Origin: Promethearchaeota archaeon Loki_b31
GTDB lineage: Archaea; Asgardarchaeota; Lokiarchaeia; Sigyniarchaeales; SOKP01
Direction: 5' to 3'
Length of the DNA: 10,522 nt
NCBI GenBank assembly: GCA_005222975.1
Contig: NJBI01000087.1
Location: 1-10,522 of the forward strand
The notes below the pieces were generated by a model. The model was not told the DNA's origin. It did no database searches and saw nothing but the letters and a program-made list of their open reading frames with translations. Below, piece by piece: positions 1-7,953 of this stretch (positions are counted from its first letter, which is position 1; every line of letters begins with the position of its first letter). A program made the position numbers and the translations under genes.

Positions 1-500
1 TTTTTATTTAAATCTTCCATCTTTTGTTCTGAATATGTTGTTTTTAGTTGATTTTCCCGGTTTTCGTTATCGATCTTTTTCTGGTCTAACTGTGACTTTT
101 CTAACTCTTTTGAAGCAATTTTTTCGTTTATGGTATTTAACTTCGATAATAGGTTTTCAAGCTCAACTTTAGGTGTCTTGAGATCGCCATTGATTCTCTC
201 TAAAGTACCTTTTAATTCCAAAACTTTTGATAATGATTCATCCTTTGTAGATTTTAAGCTTTCAATTTTTTTATTTAAATCATCTGATTTAATTTTTAAT
301 CCAGTTAATTCATTCTTTTGAATTTCAATATTTTTTTCTATTTTTTGGAGATCATCATGCTCTAATTTCATCAACTTCCATGTTGTGCTTAAATTTTGAA
401 TAATATTATCGCTATTTTTTTTAAAGGCTTGCTGATATTCGTCAAAATATTTTTCAAGTTGTTCAATTGATCCTAAAATATCTTTTAAACTTGAACTCAT
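1..500 (-). CDS. Long coiled-coil protein, 3'-truncated by window edge (at least 166 aa); not in supplied ORF track
   Basis: ATG at 500..498 overlaps the upstream stop (TAATG). Frame is open to base 1: MSSSLKDILGSIEQLEKYFDEYQQAFKKNSDNIIQNLSTTWKLMKLEHDDLQKIEKNIEIQKNELTGLKIKSDDLNKKIESLK...EQKMEDLNK. K/E/L-rich heptad pattern; strong SD upstream. Confidence 0.9.
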   Translation of the reverse strand, partial: MSSSLKDILGSIEQLEKYFDEYQQAFKKNSDNIIQNLSTTWKLMKLEHDDLQKIEKNIEIQKNELTGLKIKSDDLNKKIESLKSTKDESLSKVLELKGTLERINGDLKTPKVELENLLSKLNTINEKIASKELEKSQLDQKKIDNENRENQLKTTYSEQKMEDLNK

Positions 501-1255
501 TAGAAATCAACCTCCTCTTTTAGGGTAATCGTTCCATTTGTTGGATTATATTCGATTGGTGCATTATCTTCAAGCATTTTTACTATAATTTTTTTGGCTT
601 GGTCTTCTCTCATATCAATTGCAAGTAATATATTTTTTAAATCTAAAGCACTTCCTAATTGTAAGGCTTTGATAAACTGAAATAAAGAAGAGCTCATGTA
701 TTTCTTATTAATTAAAATTTTCATGGCAGCTACTCTATTTTCATACGATTGAACGAATTTTTCCTTCTTTATAAAAGTATTTTCAAGCTCAGCTTCTAGT
801 GCTTTTAATTTTGCTTCAAATTTTTCAATGTCTTTATGTAAAGTAAACAATCTATCCTCAAGTTCTTTTAGACGTTCATCCCGACTGGTTAATTCTTCTT
901 TTTTCAATTTAATGGTCTCATGTGTCTCCTTTAACTCATTTTGTTTTTCCTGAATTTTTTGTAATAATTCTTGGCGCTTTTTAGTTAATTCAGCGTTATC
1001 TTCTTCATATTTTACTATATCTCGTTGACTTTGAGAAATCTCATTCTTGAAGGAATTAATTTCTTCGTTATTTGATTGGATAGTTTTCATTAAGTTGTTC
1101 TTTTCATCTTCATATTTTTCTAACTCTTCAAGAATGCTTTCGGGTTGCGTTCTTAATTTTGGTATGTAATCGCTATTCAATCCGCTAATATCTACAATGA
1201 TCGAAGTCATTTTCTTTAAAGATGTTTTAGCATCTAATATTGGTACCTCACTCAT
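500..1255 (-). CDS. Coiled-coil protein with putative C-terminal winged-helix domain (251 aa)
   Basis: About 140 aa of E/K/Q/L heptads, then SSLFQFIKAL-LDLKNILLAIDMREDQAKKIIVKML-PIEYNPTNGTITL (three helices plus beta hairpin pattern). AGGAG SD at 1268..1264. No Walker A motif or SMC hinge seen. Confidence 0.8.
   Translation of the reverse strand: MSEVPILDAKTSLKKMTSIIVDISGLNSDYIPKLRTQPESILEELEKYEDEKNNLMKTIQSNNEEINSFKNEISQSQRDIVKYEEDNAELTKKRQELLQKIQEKQNELKETHETIKLKKEELTSRDERLKELEDRLFTLHKDIEKFEAKLKALEAELENTFIKKEKFVQSYENRVAAMKILINKKYMSSSLFQFIKALQLGSALDLKNILLAIDMREDQAKKIIVKMLEDNAPIEYNPTNGTITLKEEVDF
507..517 (-). promoter_or_regulatory. Shine-Dalgarno site (GAGGAGGTTGA) for the ORF starting at 500
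   Basis: GGAGG at 515..511, 10 nt before the ATG at 500, embedded in the last codons (EEVDF) of the upstream gene. Confidence 0.7.
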
Positions 1256-1326
1256 ACTAAATTCTCCTATATATTTTTAACTAAAATTATAATTTATTTA
1301 TAGAGTATACATTATTAAATTTGTAT

Positions 1327-1353
1327 TTTTCAATACTTTCTATACTTTCTATA
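1327..1353. repeat. Short 9-bp tandem repeat (TTTTCAATA CTTTCTATA CTTTCTATA)
   Basis: Two exact copies and one degenerate copy in the spacer between the kinase stop and the coiled-coil start. Confidence 0.55.
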
Positions 1354-1370
1354 AAAATTAAATTGAAAAA

Positions 1371-2207
1371 TTACATTTCTTTTGAGATATTCTTTATGAA
1401 GTTTTCCTTGTCGAGATTTAAATTGATATGTCTTCTTCTCATTACAATATTTAGATTCTCAATAAGTTTCTCTGTGAAGTATTTGAAATTAAAATGAAAT
1501 GTAGGGTTTTTCCAGTAATAACTTTTTAAAAAGTGGTTTAATAGATCAATTTTTGATTTAGGATTATCCATTTCAAAAATTCCGGGATTCGTATCAAGTA
1601 AAGAACAACAAACCCATGCGATGTCGTCAATGTGATTTCCTTCGTAAGATTCTTCGAAATCCATACCATACAATTTGTTATTTGAAGGATTATATACGAA
1701 ATCTCTAAGACGAGTGTCGCCTTTATTTAGAACTATAATTTCTGAAAGCTCGTTCTTCCCAATCATATTATTTGTATGTAATTGAGTAAACCAATCTGCT
1801 AATTTCTCAACACATATAATAACCTCTTTTTTAACATCAGCGTCTAAATCGTTTAAATCAGAAACATCAACTAACTTGTCGTTAATGTAATCGCATAAAT
1901 TAACCCCTTCCGCTTTTTCAAGGAATAGATAAGGTTTTTTATAAAATATTATATCGGGGATTAATAACTTTTGTTTCTTCAATCGTTTTAAAGTATTATA
2001 TTCGTTATCGGCATTTTTAGTTCTAAATATTTTAACTATCATTTCTTTAGGTAGTCTTTCCGTTTCTTTGTTAAAAGTTAAGCTGATAACTGTATTTTGC
2101 TTACTATGTAACGGAGATATAACAAAATGATTAAATTTGTCAACCAATTCAGGGAAGTCTTCTCTAAGATCGGTAATGATATCCTTTCTAATTTTAAAAA
2201 GCTCCAT
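1371..2207 (-). CDS. Atypical protein-kinase-like fold protein (RIO/Bud32/APH phosphotransferase superfamily)
   Basis: MIVKIF (beta3 Lys), NEYNTLKRL (alphaC Glu), LFLEKAEG hinge, KGDTRLRDF (variant HGDxxxxN loop), GMDFE (DFG-equivalent), DDIAW helix. Confidence 0.8.
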   Translation of the reverse strand: MELFKIRKDIITDLREDFPELVDKFNHFVISPLHSKQNTVISLTFNKETERLPKEMIVKIFRTKNADNEYNTLKRLKKQKLLIPDIIFYKKPYLFLEKAEGVNLCDYINDKLVDVSDLNDLDADVKKEVIICVEKLADWFTQLHTNNMIGKNELSEIIVLNKGDTRLRDFVYNPSNNKLYGMDFEESYEGNHIDDIAWVCCSLLDTNPGIFEMDNPKSKIDLLNHFLKSYYWKNPTFHFNFKYFTEKLIENLNIVMRRRHINLNLDKENFIKNISKEM

Positions 2208-2439
2208 CTTGATAAAACGAAAATAAAACGGTGATTAATATATTCTGATTTATGGAACGCTGTAATTAAATATTAATTATCAAATATTTATATTAAATTT
2301 CTGTATTAATTTTTTGAAACTTTATTAAAACATTATTATTAGAATAATAAGTGAAGATGTTCAAGGCAAATATTATATGATTTATGAAATATCATAATAA
2401 TAAATTAAAGTCTAGATTAAATTTATTCCTTGATGAGAT

Positions 2440-3318
2440 ATGGAAAAACAATATAAAATTGGGATTTTTTACGGACCGGATCCAGATACAGAGATGTTAG
2501 CCCAAAAATTTATTGGTAACCTTATCAACGACGACGAATTTTGTAAAGCGTGTGAATTGCTTGAACAAAAAGTTAAATGCGATCATTGTAGAGAACATTT
2601 AAGAAACTTCTCAAGTTCGGTTTATTTTTACGATAAATTAGGAGAAAATATCCCAGATTTTATTGAAAACCCTGAAGATTTTTTGCCAAAAACTATACCC
2701 CCAGTAGATTTTTTGATGGTAGTTGGAATTCACCAAGACTTACTTTCAGAATTGCCAGAGTATTTGAAAGATAAAAAAATTAAAGCGGTAATTATCCCTA
2801 TTGAGAACCCTAAATGGGTGCCCCCAGGATTACAAGTACAGGTCTTAGAAGATTTTGAAAGATTGGGAATTCAAGCAGCGTTTCCAAAACCTTTTTGTGC
2901 AATGAGTAAAGAACTGAACGAATACAACAAAGTAGGGTTTAATCTCACTAAAAAACACGATAATATTATTGAATTTATTGATTATTATAAAATAGGAGAA
3001 CCCATTGTTTCATTCATTTTGAGCGACGATGGAAAATCAATTTTGGATACATGCGTTTTACAAAGCGCGCCATGCGGCTCTACATTCTACATCCTCCAAC
3101 AATTGAAAGCTAAATATATTAATGACGATGAATTAAGCTTAAACGAAAGAATTAGTAAAGCTCATCATTCTTATCCCTGCAATGCTTCAATGGATAAAGA
3201 TTTAATATTAAAAGATTCAATACTCCATATAGGTGGAATTCTCGTAAGAAACGCGGTTAGAAACGAATTGGGACTTAAAGAACATGAAGGTCGTAAAATG
3301 GCATATGTCGCCCCTTAA
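2440..3318 (+). CDS. DUF166 family protein (archaeal, function unknown) with N-terminal four-Cys cluster
   Basis: Family-type motifs HQDL, PKPFC, SAPCGST, HHSYPCNASM, SILHIGG; N-terminal FCKAC...KCDHCR. Confidence 0.8.
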   Translation: MEKQYKIGIFYGPDPDTEMLAQKFIGNLINDDEFCKACELLEQKVKCDHCREHLRNFSSSVYFYDKLGENIPDFIENPEDFLPKTIPPVDFLMVVGIHQDLLSELPEYLKDKKIKAVIIPIENPKWVPPGLQVQVLEDFERLGIQAAFPKPFCAMSKELNEYNKVGFNLTKKHDNIIEFIDYYKIGEPIVSFILSDDGKSILDTCVLQSAPCGSTFYILQQLKAKYINDDELSLNERISKAHHSYPCNASMDKDLILKDSILHIGGILVRNAVRNELGLKEHEGRKMAYVAP

Positions 3319-3556
3319 TTTTAACTATTTTTAAAACATAACTCACGCTTCATAATAATATTTAATATAACAATTTATATTTTATAAAAAGAAAAAGAAC
3401 TTGAGTTTTGACTCATAAAATTAGAAGCTAAAATTAAATCTGTTAATCTTTTAATAGTTTAACAACTAAAACTAATGTAATCATATTTTTAACGGAAGTT
3501 AGGTCCTTTTTATTATATAATATGAACCTTTTTAGACGTAATTAAATTCATAAATC

Positions 3557-5716
3557 ATGGTGAGTCATATAACTCAATGTACAAAGACACTGTGTCTCGA
3601 CGAAGGTTTTGAAGTAGAAAAAGAATCTTTTTTTGAAAAAAGATTTTGGTATTTCATAATTCCATCATTGATCTTGCTTGGATTATCTATCACCTTAGAA
3701 CTTCTAACTGACTCTGTTTTATTAAGTCAGGTTTTGGCTGTTGCTTCAATTCTACTCTCAGGTTATGGAATATTAAAAGAGGCTATAGAAGATGTCTTAT
3801 CTAAAAAGATTACAGCCAATATCCTAATGATAGTCGCGGGTATTGCTTCTTTTTTTATATTGCACGGTCAGGAAGGAGCTATGGCGATTTTACTTTATGC
3901 AATAGCTGAATATTTAGAGGAATTAACTACAGAAAAATCTAAAAATGCGATCAAAGAATTACTTGAATTAGCTCCAGATGACGCTCTATTAAAGATTAAA
4001 GATAGCTACGAGAAAGTACCGACTGAAACTGTAAAGATCGGTGAAGTAATCGGTATTAAACCAGGAATGAAAGCCCCTCTGGATGGAATAATCGTAAAAG
4101 GGAAATCTTATTTCGATGAAAGTGCAATAACAGGCGAGTCTTTACCTATTTTCAAAGAAGAAAACGATGAAATCTTTGCCGCGAGTATTAACAACGATAG
4201 TTTTGTGGATATAAAAGTAATAAGAGAGAGTTCAAACACAGTTGTGGCTAAAATAGCCGAAAGTATTAAATTAGCTCAACAAAACAAAAGCGATAGCGAA
4301 CGATTTATTGAAAAGTTTGCTAAATATTATACGCCAATTATATTGATTAGCGCGCTCTTTGTTATGATTATACCCACGGTCTTATTTAACCTAGATTTTA
4401 ACGTGTGGTTTTACCGAGGTTTAATTTTATTAGTAGTTTCTTGTCCTTGTGCTCTCACATTGTCAACTCCTTTAGCTAATATAGCTGCACTCACAAAATT
4501 GGCAAAGGAAGGAATACTGGTTAAAGGAAACAAATTTATTGAAATAGCGAAAAATATCGAGTTAATCGCGTTTGATAAGACCGGAACTCTTACAGAAGGA
4601 AATTTAAAAGTTTTTAATATTATTAATCATTCCAGCAATAAACAAGAGATTCTTAAAATAGCTGCTAGCTTAGAAAATCTTTCAGAACACCCAATTGGAA
4701 AAGCTATCGTTTATCAAGCGAATCAAATGCAATTACTGTTATATGCTGTGGAAGATTTTAAAATTACTAAAGGGAAAGGTATTAGAGGAGTAATTCAAGG
4801 GGAAGTATATTATATAGGAAGCAAGAATTACCTTGAAGAACTAAAATTTGACCTTCCTGATGATATCTTTGAAGAAACCGAATTATCTGGAACTATTCCT
4901 ATATTACTCGGAAACAATAAAACAATTATGGGAATAATTACAATCAGAGATGTGTTAAGAGTTTCAGCACCTCTCCTAGTCGACGGTTTGAAAAAACGAG
5001 GTTATAAGTCAGTTCTTATCTCGGGAGATAATCAGTTAGTATGTAATACAATAGGGGAGTGCTTAGATATAGATTCCTACTATGGAGAATTGTTACCCGA
5101 CCAAAAATTAGAGGAAATTGAAAGTTTTAAAAAGAAATTTAAAGGAGTAGCTATGGTTGGTGACGGAATAAACGATGCTCCTGCTTTAGCATTATCAGAT
5201 TTAGGAATTGCAATCGGTGCTTCGGCAACGGATTTAACTTTAGAAACAGCAGATGTTATTATTATGAGCGACGATTTAAAGAAAATTATAACTTTCTTTG
5301 ATATTTCAAAAAAGACTAATAAAATCATAAGACAAAACATATGGACTTCGATAATTGTCAAAGTTACTTTCGCGATTCTCACAGTCTTAGGCTTTATGAC
5401 ACTGTGGCTTGCGGTGGGTATAGCAGATATGGGCGTGTCATTACTTGTTTTAATCAATGGAATGACTATTTTCAGATATAAAATAAAGTTTAAAGAACTC
5501 TCTTTAGAGTACTTAGAAAGCAACGCAAAATTAATTATTTGTCAAATTTGCGAAACTAAAAATATTATACCTCAACACCATGGTCGAGATATGATCGAGA
5601 AAGAGGGAAAATTAATTTGTTGGAGAAAATTACTGAGTAACGAAGATTTAGAACCATGTCAAGAGGAATTACCTTTATTTTGCCCTAAATGTAATAATGA
5701 GCTACATGTAATTTAA
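3557..5716 (+). CDS. zntA: Heavy-metal-translocating P1B-type ATPase, P1B-2 (Zn/Cd/Pb; ZntA/CadA-like)
   Basis: TGES, SCPCAL, DKTGT, SEHP, SGD, MVGDGINDAPAL; TM Lys (IVKVTF) and Asp (IADMG) typical of P1B-2. No N-terminal HMA domain. Confidence 0.93.
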   Translation: MVSHITQCTKTLCLDEGFEVEKESFFEKRFWYFIIPSLILLGLSITLELLTDSVLLSQVLAVASILLSGYGILKEAIEDVLSKKITANILMIVAGIASFFILHGQEGAMAILLYAIAEYLEELTTEKSKNAIKELLELAPDDALLKIKDSYEKVPTETVKIGEVIGIKPGMKAPLDGIIVKGKSYFDESAITGESLPIFKEENDEIFAASINNDSFVDIKVIRESSNTVVAKIAESIKLAQQNKSDSERFIEKFAKYYTPIILISALFVMIIPTVLFNLDFNVWFYRGLILLVVSCPCALTLSTPLANIAALTKLAKEGILVKGNKFIEIAKNIELIAFDKTGTLTEGNLKVFNIINHSSNKQEILKIAASLENLSEHPIGKAIVYQANQMQLLLYAVEDFKITKGKGIRGVIQGEVYYIGSKNYLEELKFDLPDDIFEETELSGTIPILLGNNKTIMGIITIRDVLRVSAPLLVDGLKKRGYKSVLISGDNQLVCNTIGECLDIDSYYGELLPDQKLEEIESFKKKFKGVAMVGDGINDAPALALSDLGIAIGASATDLTLETADVIIMSDDLKKIITFFDISKKTNKIIRQNIWTSIIVKVTFAILTVLGFMTLWLAVGIADMGVSLLVLINGMTIFRYKIKFKELSLEYLESNAKLIICQICETKNIIPQHHGRDMIEKEGKLICWRKLLSNEDLEPCQEELPLFCPKCNNELHVI

Positions 5717-5722
5717 ATCTGC

Positions 5723-5738
5723 GATTTTTTAAAAAATC
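5723..5738. terminator. Probable bidirectional oligo-T terminator
   Basis: Perfect 16-bp palindrome GATTTTTTAAAAAATC gives a T6 run on each strand in the 37-bp gap between convergent genes. Confidence 0.5.
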
Positions 5739-5753
5739 TTCTTTCTTTCTCAT

Positions 5754-6314
5754 TTAAAAGAATAAAAAATATCTCGGTATTTTATTTTTATATTCTTCAT
5801 AAGATTCGCCATATTGTTCTAAAAGCTTTCTTTCCTCACATAGAATGCGAAAATGACCACCAATTATAGAAAAACCAAGGATTATTAATTCAATCCCTGA
5901 TCCAATAGTTAAACAAATCCCTAAAAATACGATATAGATAGTCAACATCTGAGGATTTCGAGATATTCGATATAACCCCGAGGTTATTGGCTTATCTAAA
6001 GGCGCATTTTTAAAACTTAGGAGTGCCATTGCCATCCCTATTGTACCAATAGCAAATATTATTATCCCAATTAAAAATTCAATTGATCCAATCTTTAATG
6101 GAGTAAGTATAAACAAAATATAAAAAAATAATACTGCAATCAATCCAGTTATTTTAAGGAAAATTCCTCTTTTTTTCCATTCTTCTTCCTCGTAAAGCCT
6201 TGCGATGACTTCTTTAGGACATGTCAATACTATTACACCAAAAATTCCGAAAAATATAACAAGTAATAACCAACCATTTAACCAACCAAACTCTAATATA
6301 GGAAAAAATTCCAT
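5754..6314 (-). CDS. Isoprenylcysteine carboxyl methyltransferase / phospholipid methyltransferase family membrane protein
   Basis: Multiple TM helices; ITSGLYRISRNPQ and EERKLLEQYGESYEEYKNKIPRY signature motifs. Confidence 0.88.
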   Translation of the reverse strand: MEFFPILEFGWLNGWLLLVIFFGIFGVIVLTCPKEVIARLYEEEEWKKRGIFLKITGLIAVLFFYILFILTPLKIGSIEFLIGIIIFAIGTIGMAMALLSFKNAPLDKPITSGLYRISRNPQMLTIYIVFLGICLTIGSGIELIILGFSIIGGHFRILCEERKLLEQYGESYEEYKNKIPRYFLFF

Positions 6315-6484
6315 TTAAAGCACCCTTAAAATTGTTTTACGTTCATTTCTATTCCAAATATTATAAGGCAAATATCATATTTAAATCTAGCTATACCTAA
6401 TTTAATTAAAAAAAGAATTGAATTCAAACGATATTTTTTGGTTTTCATTAAAACCTAAATTTAAATATAAGCTTTTACAAATTA

Positions 6485-6770
6485 AAATTAGAAAAACATT
6501 ATCTTAAGTGCAATTAGAATTGTAATTAATTATCAGAAATAGTTTCAATTCATATTCTTCCTAAAATCTTCTAGTGAATAGTCTTCAAAACCTATGTCAA
6601 ATCAAATAATCGAGATTAAAGGACTTGACCGTTTATATAAACTAAAATATCTTTGGTTGGAAAATAACTCTTTTTCAAACCCAAGTAATAATCTGATATA
6701 CAATGTAAAAAAGGAACCTAATGATATCTTTTATCGTCTAAACCTAAAGATTCTTTCCCAATTATTTTAA
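6485..6770 (+). pseudogene. Degraded leucine-rich-repeat (SDS22-type) gene remnant
   Basis: 58-aa ORF 6594..6770 begins MSNQIIEIKGLDRLYKLKYLWLENN, matching NxIxxIxxLxxLxxLxxLxLxxN. A different frame from 6485 reads KLEKHYLKCN*NCN*LSEIVSIHILPK, which looks like a broken preceding repeat. Confidence 0.6.
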
Positions 6771-6787
6771 AAGTAAGAATGTTTAAA

Positions 6788-6872
6788 TGCGGGAAGGGAG
6801 ATTCGAACTCCCGAACCCCTACGGGACTGGATTCTGAGTCCAGCGCCTTTGACCAAGCTTGGCAATTCCCGC
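6788..6872 (-). tRNA. trnL: tRNA-Leu, anticodon CAG, intronless, CCA not encoded
   Basis: GCGGGAA/TTCCCGC acceptor stem plus discriminator A; D arm GCCAAGCTTGGTCAAAGGC; anticodon arm CTGGA-CTCAGAA-TCCAG (anticodon 6836..6834); variable arm CCCGTAGGG; T arm GGGAG-TTCGAAT-CTCCC. Confidence 0.97.
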
Positions 6873-7069
6873 AATGAATTTAATTTCGAAAGTTTTTATT
6901 ACCAATAAAATTAGAGACTGAGGAATATAATTACACGAAATTTTTATATCTTGTGAACTTTGCAGTTTTTAAAGTCCAGTTTTTAAAATACTAAAATTAA
7001 GAAATACCTAATATTAAAATAAATTAAAATCTTATACATCGATAACTAATCGAAAGGGGAATTTAAATA

Positions 7070-7864
7070 ATGCCAAAGGTTAAAATTAATAATTTTAATT
7101 TGCACTACGAAGTTTACGGCGAGGGTCATCCTCTATTAATGATTTTAGGTTTGGGGGCAAATACTAGCTGGTGGGGGAGATATTTTCTTAAAGAATTAGC
7201 AAAACATTTTAAAGTTATTGTGTTCGATAATAGAGGAACAGGACAATCTGACGATCCCAAACTGGATTACACAATAAAAACATTAGCAGACGACACAATT
7301 GGTTTAATGGATGCTTTAAACGTTGAATATGCTCATCTTTTCGGACACTCAATGGGAGGTGGTATTGCTCAAGAGTTGGTTCTAAACTTTAAAAGGATAA
7401 ATAAGTTAATTTTATGTTCCACAAGTTGTGGTGGACCTAAATCTATTTTAGCATCTCCAGAAGTATTACAAATCGTAGGTAAGCCAAGAGAGGGTCGAAC
7501 TATAGAAGAAATAGCAGAAGAAACTTTGACAATATTCTATTCAAACGAATTCATAAAAAAAAACCCTAAGCTTATTGGATATGCGATTCAAAACATGGGA
7601 AAAACGCCAATGTCGCCCGAAAATTACGAACATCAAACAAAGGCAATTGAATCGTTCAATACATGCGATAAATTAAAAGAATTAAAGATATCTACCTTAA
7701 TCATGCATGGAAAGAAGGACATTTTAGTTCCACCTCAAAACGCCGAAATCCTCGCTGAATTAATAGCAAATTCCCAAATCACATGGTTTAATAAAAGCGC
7801 ACATGCTCCTTTTGTCGAAGAACCAAATTTGGTCTTAAATGCTATAATCGAATTTCTGAAATAA
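7070..7864 (+). CDS. Alpha/beta-fold hydrolase
   Basis: FDNRGTGQSD, nucleophile elbow GHSMGG, HGKKD acid, SAH catalytic His. Confidence 0.93.
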   Translation: MPKVKINNFNLHYEVYGEGHPLLMILGLGANTSWWGRYFLKELAKHFKVIVFDNRGTGQSDDPKLDYTIKTLADDTIGLMDALNVEYAHLFGHSMGGGIAQELVLNFKRINKLILCSTSCGGPKSILASPEVLQIVGKPREGRTIEEIAEETLTIFYSNEFIKKNPKLIGYAIQNMGKTPMSPENYEHQTKAIESFNTCDKLKELKISTLIMHGKKDILVPPQNAEILAELIANSQITWFNKSAHAPFVEEPNLVLNAIIEFLK

Positions 7865-7953
7865 ATTCTACATCTATTTTTAAAGCAAAAATAATAATAT
7901 ATTATTAATCCTAATTAGTTATTAAGTAATGAAAGCAATTTAAATTAAATAAA

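Noticed and set aside
130-321. 63-aa plus-strand ORF from the track
   Set aside because: Antisense shadow of the real coiled-coil gene at 500..1; its F/S/L-rich composition is typical of reverse-complemented K/E codons
1-1255. SMC/Rad50 annotation for the coiled-coil genes
   Set aside because: No Walker A at either N-terminus, no hinge or zinc hook seen, and the complete ORF is far too short
5080-5523. 147-aa minus-strand ORF
   Set aside because: Lies entirely antisense within conserved ATPase domains; no independent motifs
5754-6314. ICMT homolog as evidence of eukaryote-like protein prenylation
   Set aside because: The family is widespread in prokaryotes; no prenyltransferase or CAAX substrate context in the window
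6788-6872. tRNA as attachment site of an island in this window, or as a Sec/recoding tRNA
   Set aside because: No duplicate of the tRNA 3' end and no integrase found by eye; the 7-nt loop centres on CAG, and A73 plus the arm structure fit Leu
6894-6910. Inverted repeat TTTTATT-ACC-AATAAAA upstream of the tRNA
   Set aside because: Pure A/T arms are expected by chance at this base composition
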